Shown one piece after another: positions 30,056-47,699 of a stretch of 64,000 nt of DNA (its first letter is position 1; each line of letters starts with the position of its first letter). This DNA comes from Lenisia limosa. Its lineage: Eukaryota > Protista > Breviatea. Location: NCBI GenBank assembly GCA_001655205.1, contig LPNZ01007654.1, positions 6,662 through 70,661 on the forward strand. The letters run 5' to 3'. Under the pieces are notes generated by a model. The model was not told the origin of the DNA. It was given only the letters and a program-made list of their open reading frames with translations, and did no database searches. The position numbers were made by a program, and so were the translations under genes.

Positions 30056-33000
30056 ATGAGGGCTCGAAGGTCTTCCACGCCCGGCACCAGCATCCAGCAA
30101 GAAGTGCAAAGAGGTTTGGCGATGGACTTCTGGAATTATGTGGATGCATCTTAAAAGGGCGTTTCACTTTTATCAATCTATAAAATATAAATGACTTCAG
30201 CTCTCACCGGAGGAGATAAAGTTGAGGCGACCATCAAAGTATGGGGCTCCAAGAGTGCGCGAACCTTGAAGAAAGCCAAGAAGTCAAAGAAGGAGAAGCC
30301 AAGACATCTCTCTATCACTGGTGGGATCCTTTTATAAATCTATGTTGACTAATTTTGCATAATGTCAAATGCATAGAACAGCTCAACAGCCTATAATGTG
30401 GCCATATATTGATAATTACCCACTTCACTCCTCCTTGGAGGAACATTATCAGCAGTATATGACGTTTCAACTGGTTTGGCAGGCTTCACTAGTGACACAA
30501 TTTGTGTGTATTATGATCCTAATTCAATGGAATTTAATGGAAAACAATCGCCAAGTCACTCAGATCACTGCAGTTAAACATGACAAAGTATACATCTACA
30601 AGCTGAAGCAAGATGACAAGAAAGGCCTCCAGCCAACGCGATCATGGCCTGCTGTGTCCTTGATATCGGTAAAAGGGTCTACTATTTTAACAAATAACAT
30701 GTTCTGATGTTAAGTATGTTTAAAAGCAACCCGTCCCCCCCAATTTAAACTATCGATGCTTATTACCTGGGCATATGGAGTGGAGTCACCCTTTAGATCG
30801 AAGTGATCAAGGCCATGGAGCTGTCAGAGCCGAATACGTTGTTCACACTCAACCTTGACAAGGCCTACCACTGGCAGGCTGTTTCCTCGGTGGAGAGAGC
30901 AATGTTCCTATGTAAGGGGCTGTTCGGTACTGAATATGACGGGTTCTTTCCACTGTCTTTGTGACGACACTACAGCGGACCTCGTTGAACTTGTGCGAGC
31001 AACGTCTGGGCGTGAGATTCCCATCATAGGTTCAACAATTCAGCAACTTACTGCCGAAGGTAGTGGTGTAGTCAGGTGCTCCTAACCCGCTGTTGACAGT
31101 ATAAGACTCGTGTTTTTAACTGATGTAGCTGGACAAAGCGCAAGGAAAGGGAGCGATGATGAAGGTAAACCTTGCACTAACCTCTGTTACTGTTATTTAA
31201 CCGCCTTTGTGTCACCCTTGAAGATGAAGACACGTCCCAAATCGCGGTCCTATCCCCTGAGGAAGAAGACCAACTGCTCAGCCTCATGAAGACTACGACT
31301 GACATGAAGGGCCAAGCCGTCTTGGGTCAGTTGGAAGACGTCATTGCGGACCTTCAGGAGGTTAGTTGATGGCAATGGGGACACAGGTCTTCGATTTAAC
31401 ATTCTAGTCGAGTATCCACTCCCTGCTGCAGCACCAAGACGACATTCAGACCTTGAGCCACCAGCTTGACGTTGCCTGTCGAGATGTGGCCAGTATTTCA
31501 AAATGGCTGCGGGCTTTCAACCCTGCTTTGGAGGTTAGCAGCACTTTATCTTTAATCCCCTCCAATTACATTATGCCTTTGTTTTGTATTTTTAAGCCAA
31601 AAGTGAATTTCAAATAACCAAATGTCATTTCGTTTCTGCCACATCCTTACAACTATATCATTGCAAAATACCCATCTGTTACCTCCTTTCAGACAATGAG
31701 GAACAGTATTGAGGCGATTGAAGGGCGGAACAACCTTCTTGAGGTTCAGGCTGCTAACAAACAGGCCATAATACAGGAGGTTGACACGCTCATGGTGGGC
31801 TCACTCCCCTCATGTGGTGCTGACTTGTTTAGGAGAACCTTTCATTGAAACCCAGTTTTGAGAAGTCCCTTCAATTCACCGACCTCAGTACCCTTTCAGG
31901 GGTGGAGACTTGTGTTGAAGGTTGGGCATGCCTATGTACATAGATGTGGATATAAGTACGACTAACCGAGTAGTGACGGACCAAGTGTCGAAAGTTCTGA
32001 ACGCCGTCATTCCGCCAGGAATGTGCGAAATGGTTGCTGTGAGTGGGAGTGTCAACAACACCTCTTAATCCTGTTCTTGCCACTCTCTCTTCAACTTACC
32101 CCCAGGTGATTTCTCGAAAAAAAGAAATCATGGATCTTTGCGACATTTTTGCCACTCGTCTGACAAACCACCTCATCAAGGGCATCACTGAGGAGGTTGG
32201 TATTGACGTTCTGTTGAACTCATTTTTATCGTTTTTAGTGCCACCGCATATCATCCAGCAAATCCAAAGCCAAGAAACTACACATTTCCTGTAGGCAAGG
32301 AAGGGACCAAAAAGCAATTCTGCTACCTATTATTGAAAATGAAGGCAGCTTATGGCAACGTTCATTTCGAAAATTGATTATCCCTTCCGTCGGATGCATC
32401 ACCTGAATGTTACCCCATAGCCCACGAGACCCTCCACGACTTCTTGAGCACGCGAGCAGGACTCATCCAATGGCTCAGCTCATACAGCCCGGCGTAAGCC
32501 TCTTGCATCGACTTCGTGTTGTATTTTTTTACATAGACGATTTACTCACGTCAGGAACTTCCGAACTGTTCTGAATGAACTTGAGGAGGAGGAAGGGAAG
32601 GTCTTCACAAAGAGCATCTCTTCTTTTATGGTGATCCTAAGCAAGCTTTTTGGTCTCTATATGATATCAATACACAGCTCAGCTCAACTCCTGACAATTT
32701 TCCGCTTTACCTTTCAGTCCAGTATTAAAACACTTCTGGTGAAGGAGCAACCGACTTCCCGCCTCTTTGCTACAAGCCAAAACCATATTGACGCGTGTGG
32801 TATGTGGGCACACAATAGGCATAACACTGATAGTATCTTGCCTCATAAATAGAGCTGTCTCACTTTCCTCATACAAACAGTTCCGCATGAGGTAATTACT
32901 GTGGAAGAAGTTTTCCCAGTCATAGGAAGTAACGACAGAATAACACTGGCTCAGGTACGCAATTGCAATTGTTTATCTCGTCACCAAATCGTACTGCTTT

Positions 33001-35309
33001 GTCGTCTTCTGACACTCCAGGCGGCCAATCTGTTCCTTCATACTGTACTTCCCATTGTGGAGGAGGAGGAGCTCTTCTTGTCCTCGTGTATGGTGCTATC
33101 TGACGATGACGAGTGAGAGGCTTGCTTAAAAGGAAAACCATCAGCAAGATCCCTTATAAACGTGATGATAAGGATAGCTTCGGTCTGATACTACCTGTTT
33201 CATTCAGAGTGTATGTTATGATATGCATATACAGCACTATTAATTCTTATGTTAGGATAGTATAATACTTAGATGATACAGAGTAAATCAGAAAAATGTT
33301 CTGTGATTTTTACCTTGAGTACTGTGTTTTCCATTATGTTTACCTCGAAGTTCTAGTGATCTGAGTCTCTCGGCAACCCTTGGTCGGATATTCTGCTCAT
33401 TTCCGTCGGCTTGGGCCGGCTTCCAGTACGCTGGGGGGGGGGGGTGATATTTGAGATATCTCTTCATTGCCAGTTTTCAGTTTCCATGCCCGGTCACTTT
33501 GTGTTGACCAATGCAGTGACATAGCAATGAAATCTGACCATTTGTGTCTCATTGATCTCAATGTTGTTTCTCAGAACTTCCTCGGACATCTTCAGTCGTA
33601 AGAGGGGTGTGGTCCGCATTATATGGATCTCATTTGGGTTTCACTCCTGTACAATAAAGTATATTGATGAATATCAAGACGTTTATACATTCTTGGAAGC
33701 CCTAATCATCGTGCTTTTCCTGTTGGGCATGTACAACATGTAGTATATTATATGATAGTATTTGATTGGTATGGTTGAATCCAATAAATGATTGCTAATT
33801 GCCGGTTTTAGAAACTTCCTTGATGATGTGATGTCAGCCCAGGCGCTTGGCAACATCCGTGACTTCAACCTTTATTTGGTACGGTTTCATGATTGTCTTC
33901 TCCATAACCGTCCAGGACAACCAAGTTGATCACTTAAACGAAACGAAACACGTGGCCAAACGGGTGGGTGTGTTAGCGCCAGTGAGTCACGTGACAATGA
34001 CTCTGCAACTCTTAATGGCACATTGCCTTGGTGAGAAGTACGACTCACTTTTGCCAATGGTGGTTAAGGTGGGAACGGACAGTTGCCACACTAGGGTGTC
34101 TTCGGTGGACATTTGCAATACTTCTGCTCTTTGGTTTGACCCCCCCCCCCCNNNNNNNNNNNNNNNNNNNNNNNNNNNNNNNNNNNNNNNNNNNNNNNNN
34201 NNNNNNNNNNNNNNNNNNNNNNNNNNNNNNNNNNNNNNNNNNNGGTGTCTGCCTCTGACCCAAAGTACACCAACGTTATTCGTCTTGGTAGGCGGTCTTT
34301 GAGTGTTCATCTTCGGCATTGGGACTTCCCAGACACGACGCAATAACCTATTACCCTCCCCCAGAAAACTACCACCACCTCTACATGTCCTTGAACGACC
34401 TTAGTATCCCGGGTGTTGACGACTTCCGTGCCCAAGCTATGAAGCATTATCAGGTTGGCTGCAAAACAGGTTACCATATCAACTTCTGTTCTAATTGCCT
34501 AGGATAACACTGCTGAATATCTTGAATGGATCATTTCGTGTCAGTTCATCAAAACAAAGGTTACTTGGGGTCTTGCACCGAATGCATATTATCGTATTTC
34601 CTCAATCCTTGTGTAACACTTTTCATCACGTTTGTTTTGGCTGAACTCACCTTCAGGACTTCTTCGATTCGATGACGAAACTTCAAGGCCTTGTGGCGGA
34701 ACGCGACATTCAGTACCAAGAGGAATTCTCGAGAGCTAACTTGAAGAAAGCTCTCAAGGCTGCAACTGACAATGTGGGACTGCATACGCTTACCGATGCT
34801 TCCCAAGTTGATTCTTTGTTATACGCTATGATAGCATACAATGACCTTTAACGTCACGCTACAGACGGCTAAACAACTACAAACAATATACCGACGAATG
34901 GACAAGCACCTTTGTGTCAAGGAGGGTCTGCTCCGTGAGCTCTGGAGCGATCTTTCAGTATGCTGCAGCAAGGCTGTGTCAAATATATTATCCTCACATG
35001 CATGACTTCCCAAAAATCACTACATTCTCGATAATATTATATCAGATAGTAAGTAGTATCTATCATATCATATATTATTGTATGTTTGTATTTCAGCCCC
35101 TTACTGTAAAGTCATGGTATTTTTCTCGTTTCCTACAATATGACTAAGACGTTGAGCTGCTTTTGAGAAATTTGACCACCCAGCTGTTCTTTAACAGCTT
35201 ATGGCAAGAATGGATTGCCAAGGTTGAGCTCTGTTACCCAGGTGAAGTCATCTCACTTTCCATCGATGAGCTGACTGCCATGCTTAACGCCACTCCAGAG
35301 AGCATCTGA
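30056..35309 (+). CDS. EXOC1: Exocyst complex component Sec3
   Basis: N-terminal PH-like exons (KVYIYKLKQDDK..RSW; LFTLNLDKAYHWQAVSSVERAMFL), a coiled coil (MRNSIEAIEGRNNLLEVQAANKQAI), AGLIQWL, LNDLSIPGVDDFRAQAMKHY and the C-terminus WIAKVELCYPGEVISLSIDEL. The order and content match EXOC1/Sec3. Confidence 0.85.
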
Positions 35310-35749
35310 TTCTAATTCTATGGTGTGTGTTTTTGTTTAACAGGTCTGATTCCTGTTGCTGCTTCTCAGCTTTTTCCTTTATTTAACACGCCGATTGTGT
35401 CATTACAGGGGGGGGGGGCAAATGAAAATACTATGGGAGATTNNNNNNNNNNNNNNNNNNNNNNNNNNNNNNNNNNNNNNNNNNNNNNNNNNNTCTGACC
35501 TACCCCATCGCGACGTTTTGCTTATCAAATGGTGATCCGCTAGAATTCCGGAATTCCGAGGCGACCTTGCTGGATGGGATGAAAGGTCGAAAATATTCGA
35601 ATTTAGCGCGCTAAGGAGTTTCCCCCTTTCCCGACTGGTTTAGGCGTTGTAACAAGGTGAACCCCCCATTACCAACCCGTGAAATGAGTTTGAATCTTGA
35701 GTGTTTTCCAACAAGATTTCAACAAAATGTACATTGATAATTGATACCA

Positions 35750-38700
35750 TTAGTTTCTAGGGATTTGAATGGAGATGATGCGAATCTGAAAAATGACATG
35801 AGATGAGAAAGGATGAGACATATATTGCTGTTACCAGAAAAGACGGCTTCATGAAACTACTAATATTTTATAGGGATAAGAACATGTTAATCGGTAGCAG
35901 TTTAGCTTACGTCGTCCCTTGGCTTGTCGTACTTGTTGGTGGTAACAGTTTCGATGTCACGACACACGTCCATTCCTAAATCGTTAGACATACCTTGGAT
36001 TTAAACAATGAGGACCCTCCACTCAAAACCTTCGAACCCTTAATGACTCTCCCAAAGATAGTATGTTTGTCATCAAGCCACGGGGTAGGAACCTAATCGG
36101 ATGAAAACCGTATTTACCACAAGACCAATTTCAAGGTTTACGTAGCCGAACTGGACTGAAACGAACCCCCTCACAGTGGTGATGAAGAATTGAGACGCAT
36201 TGGTATTGGGTCCAGCGTTAGCCATGGACACCATAAACGGCTTATCATGGCGCAGCTTAGGGTGAAACTCGTCCTCGAAGTCCTTGCCCCAAATCGACTC
36301 TCCACCGGTGCCGTCACTGGTGAAGAGGAGTTAGGAAAAAACTTTTCCCAGAAAATTACTGTTTTTTAACTACTGGCAAAATGGGAAATTCCCAACTCAA
36401 GTATTTTCCATTCGAATTCCTCCTCATTTTTTTCCGTGGTTTTCTTCCTTTTATTACTAGGAGTTTTCTGTTGAGGAAAACTCCTTGTAAAAAAAGCAGA
36501 ACTATTCCCAAGAAAAAAACTCAGTGGGTTCAAACAGAAAAAAAGGAAGAGGTGGCAAAACGGTTGACGTAGTGAATGCAACTCACCCGAGAGGGTCACC
36601 CGTCTGGAGCATGAAGTTTCTGATGATACGATGGAACACAATGCCCTCGTAGAACTTATTGCGCGAATGGGTCACAAAGTTCTCCACAGCCTTCGGAGCC
36701 TCGTTCGGGAACAACTGGATGGTGAAGCTGGTCCTTTCGGTACCAAAAGGTTGAAACCCTCAGAAGCTGGTATTTCGGTACAAAAAGACTGAAACCTCAC
36801 TTCTGTCCGGAAGATAAGGGTGTTTCTGAAGTTCCCATTCTCACTTCGATGAAGATATCACCCTTGGTTGTTTGAAGAATTGCGGTGGAGGAGGTGGGAA
36901 GAGCGGCCTTGGTAGCCTTGGATGCGAGATGTGAAAGGTCTTGCTTCGGCTTCTCATTGAAGACGTCACGACCCAGGGTCTCATCTCTGTAGTTGTCACT
37001 CTCTTATAATGCTGACCGTCATACAAAAAACACCACAAAAAAGTTACCAATTCCAAGTTGCCCATAATACCCCACTCTTTGGGCTCATTGCGGGTGAAGA
37101 GGAAGAGACGTTCCGACTTGAAGGCACAAGCAACAACAAGGGGTTGGGCTAGGTGGTGAGTTTGTTGGGTGGGGGTAACACGGAAGGGTTTGAATGTCCA
37201 ATTAACAAGGCACAGAAGAGAAACCAACGAGAGTGACCCCATGGAGTCAATTGTAAAAAATAAAAATCGGATAGAAAAGTTGAAGAGTAAATATCCTTTT
37301 TATTACTAGTCATTGTAAGAAAAGGGCTTTGAGGAGCCTGAGCCATTTATGTTCCTGAATACCCAGCCACCTTCCTCGACCTTGTTAGAAGACCCAGGAT
37401 GGAGAAGAGCCTCAGCAGTTTTCATTGTGGGTTCAGACTATATCGTGAGATCGGCCTTGTGCTTTGCAATCTTATCTTTCCAACTGACACCCAAGAGCTA
37501 ACCTGAAAGAGGGCAATCTGGAGGAATCGCTGGGTGTTCTCAGATTTACCAAGGAGAAGAGAGAGGCGGTTCGTGACAATGTTGAGGACTGAGCGGGGTG
37601 AAAACAGCGAGAGAAAAAAGCTGAGTCCTAATAATGGGTCTGTTTGAAAACCAGCAATCGCGCCAGCATACTTTTGATGCCTAACATGGACGGGTAAACA
37701 AGGAAGTGTCCTGACTGGTCAAATACCGCGTTGGAGGGAGGAGCCGTGGCTGGGGGGGGGGGGGNNNNNNNNNNNNNNNNNNNNNNNNNNNNNNNNNNNN
37801 NNNNNNNNNNNNNNNNNNNNNNNNNNNNNNNNNNNNNNNNNNNNNNNNNNNNCCCAAGATACAACTCAATAAAACTCACATCCAACCCATACACAAGGAT
37901 ACAAAAGAGGGACCAGATTACAAGCGCCTACTGTCTTTCTCCAGTTCTCTCTCAGTTGCAACACGTTTTCCAAAGTCGATTGCCTCGAGTTTGATCATTG
38001 AATCAGCGCCCTCTTGCTGCGGTGTTAGTGCGTATTATGAAATGAAAGAAACGAGATACAGCCGCAGTATTCAACCAAATATTATGTGAAAAATACTTGT
38101 CTAATAGGGGAGAAAATCAAAGGGTTATTAAAAGACATATGATTAGCCACAACTCCAATCAAAACTCACCTTCTGTGCAGTGTTGATAACGGACAGAGAC
38201 TCGTCATAGACTCGATGGAGCTTTCCTGTCGCAGTTTTGAAGACCCTTGGTTGTCAACACTGAACTAAAGCAATGGTTGTGATCCCACCTAATCTTTCTA
38301 TCGACGGCAGTGACAACAAACAATGAACCATCACGTGACACATCAAGAGCACGTGCTTGGGTTTTGTCCTACACGGTGAGGGGTAAACTTGGTTAATAGC
38401 AAATGTAGACGGGTCTGAAAAAGATATTAGAAAAAGATTAGGAAATAAACAGGCAAATATAATAATAACTATGAAACCATCTGATATGAAAGAAGCGCAC
38501 CTACACCTTGGTTGTTTCCCTGCTTGAATCCCCCCCCCCCCCAANNNNNNNNNNNNNNNNNNNNNNNNNNNNNNNNNNNNNNNNNNNNNNNNNNNNNNNN
38601 NNNNNNNNNNNNNNNNNNNNNNNNNTTGCACCTGATTTGTCAGCATTACTCTTTAAGTGATCATTTATATATGTTAAAATCCATTTAATGGTATCGAGGA

Positions 38701-40365
38701 TTTTATATATATAGGATGACTGCGTACTTGGACAGCTCTGAAAAGGGCAACTATTTTCCTTGGCTAATTATATTCCACTTTCTTACCTTCTCAGAAGGCT
38801 TTCCTGTCTTGGCATCCCAAATTTCAATGACATTATCCGAGCTGATTGAGATACAAATGTCCTGGGCAGGGTTGTACTGGGGTGGGGGGTGAAAAGAAAG
38901 ATATTTTATTTAAGAATATTGGTAAAAGTACAAAGAACCTCCAAATACTAAGCAAAAAGAAATAATAACAGATATGAGCCGTATATCATATCATATGTTA
39001 AAACTAGACAAAAACTATATATCAGATGTATGTATTACATAAACACACATGAACAAAAAACACCGCCATCCATAAAGCCCAAAAATGTATGAATCATCAG
39101 GATGCTTGGCTCTATATGGGAACCCAAGAAGAAATGACCTACTTTGAGTGCGGTGACGGGTTTCCTGTGGAAGTTGTACGTAGTCACAAGCTTCTCCTCA
39201 GCCTCGAAGTCGTAGATGCGAATAGCTGATGAGTCTCTGTCGGTCCTGAGTGTGTCACAACAATGCTCTCAGGCCACACCACCACGCTTTAAGAGTCACT
39301 CCGCGTTGTTAAGGAGGGTCGAAAAATTAATTAATTTCCAGAATTCACCACCACTTTCTTCCTATTCCAATAAAGTGAACAGGCAGATCCCAGCCTACAC
39401 AGCAAGGTGGTTCTTTTCTCTGCCACCGTGGGTGATGAACTGCAGGCAAGAGGGAACAAAGTCCAAACGGAACATGCACACCATATCTAAAATAGGTTGG
39501 AGATGACATGTCGAGTTTTACCCGAGAAGAGAATAAAAACAATTTAATGAAGTGTTCAATCTCAAATTAATGACGTCAGCCATCTTACCGAAGGACATGA
39601 TGTCGTAGATTTTGACAGCTTTGTCCTCTCCACAAGACGCAAGCCAGTTGCCGTTGGCGGAGATGTTGATGTCATGGAGCGCTCCTGGGTGGGTGTGATG
39701 GATGTATAAAGAAAGACATTGAACCATACACTGGACATCAAACTATCGTTTCTTTCCAATCTCCACACCATATCAATATATCATCTCACCTTTGTGAGCC
39801 TTGTAATGCTTGACAAACTCGAACTTTTCGACAGTCTTCTTCCAGAACTTCAAATGTCCATCAACAGACCCGGTGATAATGTAACCTGGGTGCTATGAGG
39901 TATGCCTCTAAATCCAACATATTCAAGAGGTTTGAGGGAAAGGTTATAACGGTCATTTCCCCCAGCCCTTCTATCTGTGCTTTAATGGAATAAAAACTAT
40001 TTCATTTACTATGGGACAAAAAAAATAAGCTCTTAATAACCTGTGAACAAACCTGATGGTGCGGTAGCAGTGTGGGTAACACGATCGCGATGCATGTAGG
40101 AGTTTTCGTACATCTGTGCACAGGGAAGTTCATCAAGGATATTCTTCTCGTGGTGTAAAACTGAAATGGTTACATTTAGAGCTAAGAGAGCAGAAAGGGG
40201 GTCTAAAAGATTACCTCTCCTCTTCTTCTGCTTGGGTTTGGTCATAAGAGAAAGGGACGGTCCTTCATCCACGTCTTCAGGCATTGTCATTAAGGAAAGA
40301 GAGGGTCCCATATCTTCAGAATCGCTCAAGGGGGCATCCCTCTTCTGATCCAACACTTCACCCAT
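35750..40365 (-). CDS. PPWD1: WD40 + cyclophilin protein (PPWD1/CYP71 orthologue)
   Basis: [33 protein letters not shown] and the C-terminal cyclophilin ([56 protein letters not shown]; [17 protein letters not shown]; [13 protein letters not shown]; [12 protein letters not shown]). The catalytic R, F, Q, W and H positions are intact. Confidence 0.95.
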
Positions 40366-40607
40366 GTTTGAAAATCCCAAGGCTCTGACTCAAGCTATTC
40401 TTAAACAATTGCCTATAATATACAACAAAACATACAACAATGACCAAAGAAGGCGAAAGAGGGCGTTTTTTCTTTTACCAAAAAAAATAGACCAAATATA
40501 AACCCCGCAGGAAGATCGTATAAAGCATGACAAGATTTGTTTTTGTTTCTTTCTTAGATATCTTTTAAAAAAACAATTCATACTACACATCAACAATCAA
40601 AATACAT

Positions 40608-44114
<3,507 letters not shown>

Positions 44115-44309
44115 GGTGATAGCAACTCTCAGAAAAAAAAAATTCTGGGCTTTTATATTTGCGTTCACGCATGACGCAATCCTTTAGAATCCTCCTGTCC
44201 CCTCCCCCTCTCTCCCAAGCTCCCTCGTGTCAGCTTCTACCTTAAACTATCAGAGAAAAATAACACTACATCTATATCAAGGGAGTTCCAGTGAAACAGC
44301 GGACTTACT
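44115..44309. promoter_or_regulatory. Probable bidirectional promoter (PRMT / Obg GTPase)
   Basis: About 195 bp separate the divergent start codons. Confidence 0.6.
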
Positions 44310-47300
44310 ATGGAGCGCCTTGTGATCGGATGTGTTGGCAAGCCGTCAGCTGGCAAGTCCACTTTTCTGAATGCGGTGAGTAGTTATTGTAAGAAACATT
44401 TAATTGTTACTGTTTTCGTATCCGTAATGAAAAACTTGCTTGGTCCAACTGACGTTTCAGGCTACTGAAGCCACTGCGAAGGTTGGGAACTTCCCATTTA
44501 CAAGTGAGCCATTATCAACAGTTTTTTTTTGGTGCTGTATTGAACTCTGCATAATGTTGCTCTAAAGTGCCTTCTAATTCTTCATAACTTCTTCAGCCAT
44601 CGAACCCAACATTGGCGTTTCGTATTATACGGTGGGAGGGGGGCGTAGGACCGTGATTATCTACTAAGTTTTTACTTACTCGCTGCTTGATTTTTTGTGG
44701 AATATCCATTGGATAATTTTCAGTTATCACTGCATCCCCTTGTGGACAAGTTTCTTTATTGTGCTGATAACGAGTTAGACTGAATGCCCGTGTTCAAGGT
44801 TCGATAAGCAGAAGGAATGCTGCCCACGTTATGGTATGGGGAAGGTGACATGCTCAAGACAGAGTGCTCAAAACAGAACTTCATTGACCCTGAAGGAAAA
44901 TGTGTTGATGGCACCCGCTGGATCCCTATCAAAATCCTTGATGTTGCTGGTTTGGTTCCAGGTGCTGCAGAGGGACGGGGGCTCGGGAACAAGTTCCTTG
45001 ACGACCTCAGGTTTGCAGCGACGGCGTATTCTTTAATTTGATATTGTTTGTTTGGTTGTATGAAAGATGATCTTTTTCAACTTTTTTGAAAATATATGGC
45101 TGGGTTATTGAAATTCTTTCCTCTTTGTGTGATGAGCTGTTGATCTTATAGGATGGCTCATGTGTTAATGCATGTTATCGACGTGTCAGGTACCACCAAT
45201 GAAAAGGTTAGTTTGATGAGCCGAATTTTATCTTCTTTCTCTGCATTTCTTCTCATCTAATAGGGAGAAAACACAAGTGGATACGACCCCATTAAGGTTC
45301 GTTTATTCAACTTCTTGTTTTCATACATAGCTAGTTGTATTTATTTTGATAATTTTAAATTCATATTCTTCAAAATACAGAGTTTGGAAAAAGTGTTTCT
45401 TTTTACCTTCAGGATGCTGAATGGCTGGAAGACGAGATACAGGCTTGGATCTTCGGGAACCTTTGGAAGAAATGGGGTAGCCTCAAAAGACGGCACAGCG
45501 CCACCAGTATGCAATTTAGCCTTCATAATTCAAACAATTCAGAATCTACCGCTCTGAACACACTTCAACTACAGTTTTCAGGTTATGGTGCAAACTCAAA
45601 AATTGTATGTGGGAACTGGGGCTTTTTTTTGCTAACTATGTTCCCCTCACCAATGATTTTTTTTACACATTTAGGTTCAAGAAGGTTTAGATCTCGCGGG
45701 GGTGTCTGAACCATCCGGTGTGACTTTTATGATAAATTGATAATTACTCATTACGATATGAGTTACCCTTTACTGTTGAAGCCCCCTTCTGCTTTGTTTT
45801 TATTGAATAGATCTTGAAACATGGGACGAGTTACGTGTCAGAGAAGTTGTAAACTGCTTCATCAAGATCCGATTCCCGATCCTCTTAGTCCTCAACAAGA
45901 TCGACCTACCTTCGGCTGATAAAAATATCATAAACATGGTGAAGAAGTACGGACAGGTGTGTGATACAACCTTGAGTTCCTTATGGTATTCTGTGTCCCA
46001 TTGTTTACCCCTTGAAGGACAACGTCGTGATTACGTCCACTTTAGCTGAGTGTCTTTTGAAGAAACTCAAAGCGGCAAGTTAGCACGCCCTTTTCGATTC
46101 TTCGAATAAACTTTGGTCACAATGTAGAATTGATTGATTATCCTGAAGGCAGTTTTATTGTGAGCACAAAACAAGACCTTGAAGAGGTTTGTTTTTCCTT
46201 CCTAATAATCCTTCTCTTTGACGGCTGACCAGATGCTCCTTTTTCCCTTTCTCGTTTCTACATATCGATTGCATTATGCGTATCATCATATGTAAATATC
46301 AATACAGCTAGATACTATAGTAAACTACTATACTAATCTTTTGTACAAAACCTGTTTTCTGTTTTCTTATTTCTAATTAATATTCTACTATAATATTATC
46401 TCTTATAAGCGTGGTGGTATGGCCGGTTCCGGTCAGACCACCGTGTTTTATATTCTCATCTCAATATGTAGTATATATTATATAATATGTCTCTTCCCAC
46501 TGTTGTACCCGCTTTACGCCGCAGTCAGACCCGATGCACGATCAGCTGAAGCCAATCGATTCAAAGAACCTGGCCCGCTTGGAGAAGTTGAGAGACATGG
46601 TACTCTATCGGTACGTTACCAAGGACAGCAAGACTGTTGTTGTTCTGGGCCGAATATGCACCGTTTTGTTCAAAGTATCATTTGACCCGTTCAGCTACAG
46701 CGGAACAGGGGTACAGGAAGCCGTGAACCGGGCTGTTGAATTGAGCCAAGTCGTACCTGCATACATGGTCCATAATGTCCATTCATTCTACTCTGAAACG
46801 TGAGTTACTTCCCATCTTAGTCTCCTGTCTTTTCATTGCTCTTGCTAATATCTTTAGTTCCGGAAAGGCTTTCCAAGACTGCTACCTTCTGAAGCCAGGG
46901 TGGGTCTTAGCTTTGCTTACTCATAACCTTTGATGATAATATTGAAATTTTTGTGGTACTTAGCTTGACTTTTATGTTATAATCCTACACGCCTAGATGA
47001 GGTAATATGTCAGTCATTTCATACATGTCTCATGTGATATAAAATGGGCTATTTTTTTCCATTCTCCAATCTTCCATCAGCACTACGGTGCGCGAGTTTG
47101 CGGGCGCGTTACATAGCGACCTCTCAGACTATCTCGCCTATGCTGAAGGCTCCGACGGAATGAGGGTATGAGCTTGGACTCTTTGCTGAAGCAAGCCAAT
47201 GGCTGATAATTCCTTAGGTCAGTGAATCAGCTGAAATCACACGAGGAAAGAATGATATTGTGAGGATCGTTGTGACCAGAGAGGTTTGCTGGTTAATTGT

Positions 47301-47530
47301 TGGCATGATTGGGTTTGATAGCGTATTGATACTTAATAGTTGTGAGGGAACGAGAATAAAACATAATGAGCCTAACAATGAAGTAATTCGTAATTCTCGC
47401 TTGCAACTCAATAATCCCTTAGGCTGAAGAAATGAAATCAAAGAGAGAGTACGAGCGAGAAAAGGCGCGAAAAGCTGCCGAGAAAGAGTCAAAGGACAGG
47501 AAGGATCGAAAAGAACTGTCAACGTCTTGA
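44310..47530 (+). CDS. Obg-family GTPase, yeast YGR210C/archaeal-type subfamily, with a TGS-like C-terminus and a charged tail
   Basis: G1 is [18 protein letters not shown]2 is VGNFPFTTIEPN, G3 is [30 protein letters not shown] and G4 is LVLNKIDLP. Also present are [14 protein letters not shown] and GKNDIV, which closely match Ygr210c as I recall it. Confidence 0.92.
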
Positions 47531-47699
47531 AGAGCCAACTCACACTTTGGTTGGTGATACATTGTATTGAAACCATGACCCAGTTTTAAACTCATTTAAT
47601 TCTATGCAGAGCCGCAGAAATAGTCAACAGGTAATATGGTTTACATTTTATTAATTTACATTTTGATATATAGTCCTGGTGACAAAAATGATACATTCA

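Noticed and set aside
36735-36803. TTCGGTACAAAAAGACTGAA duplication in a PPWD1 intron resembling the MITE arm
   Set aside because: The similarity is short, with no complementary TIR or TA flanks, so it cannot be supported as a family member.
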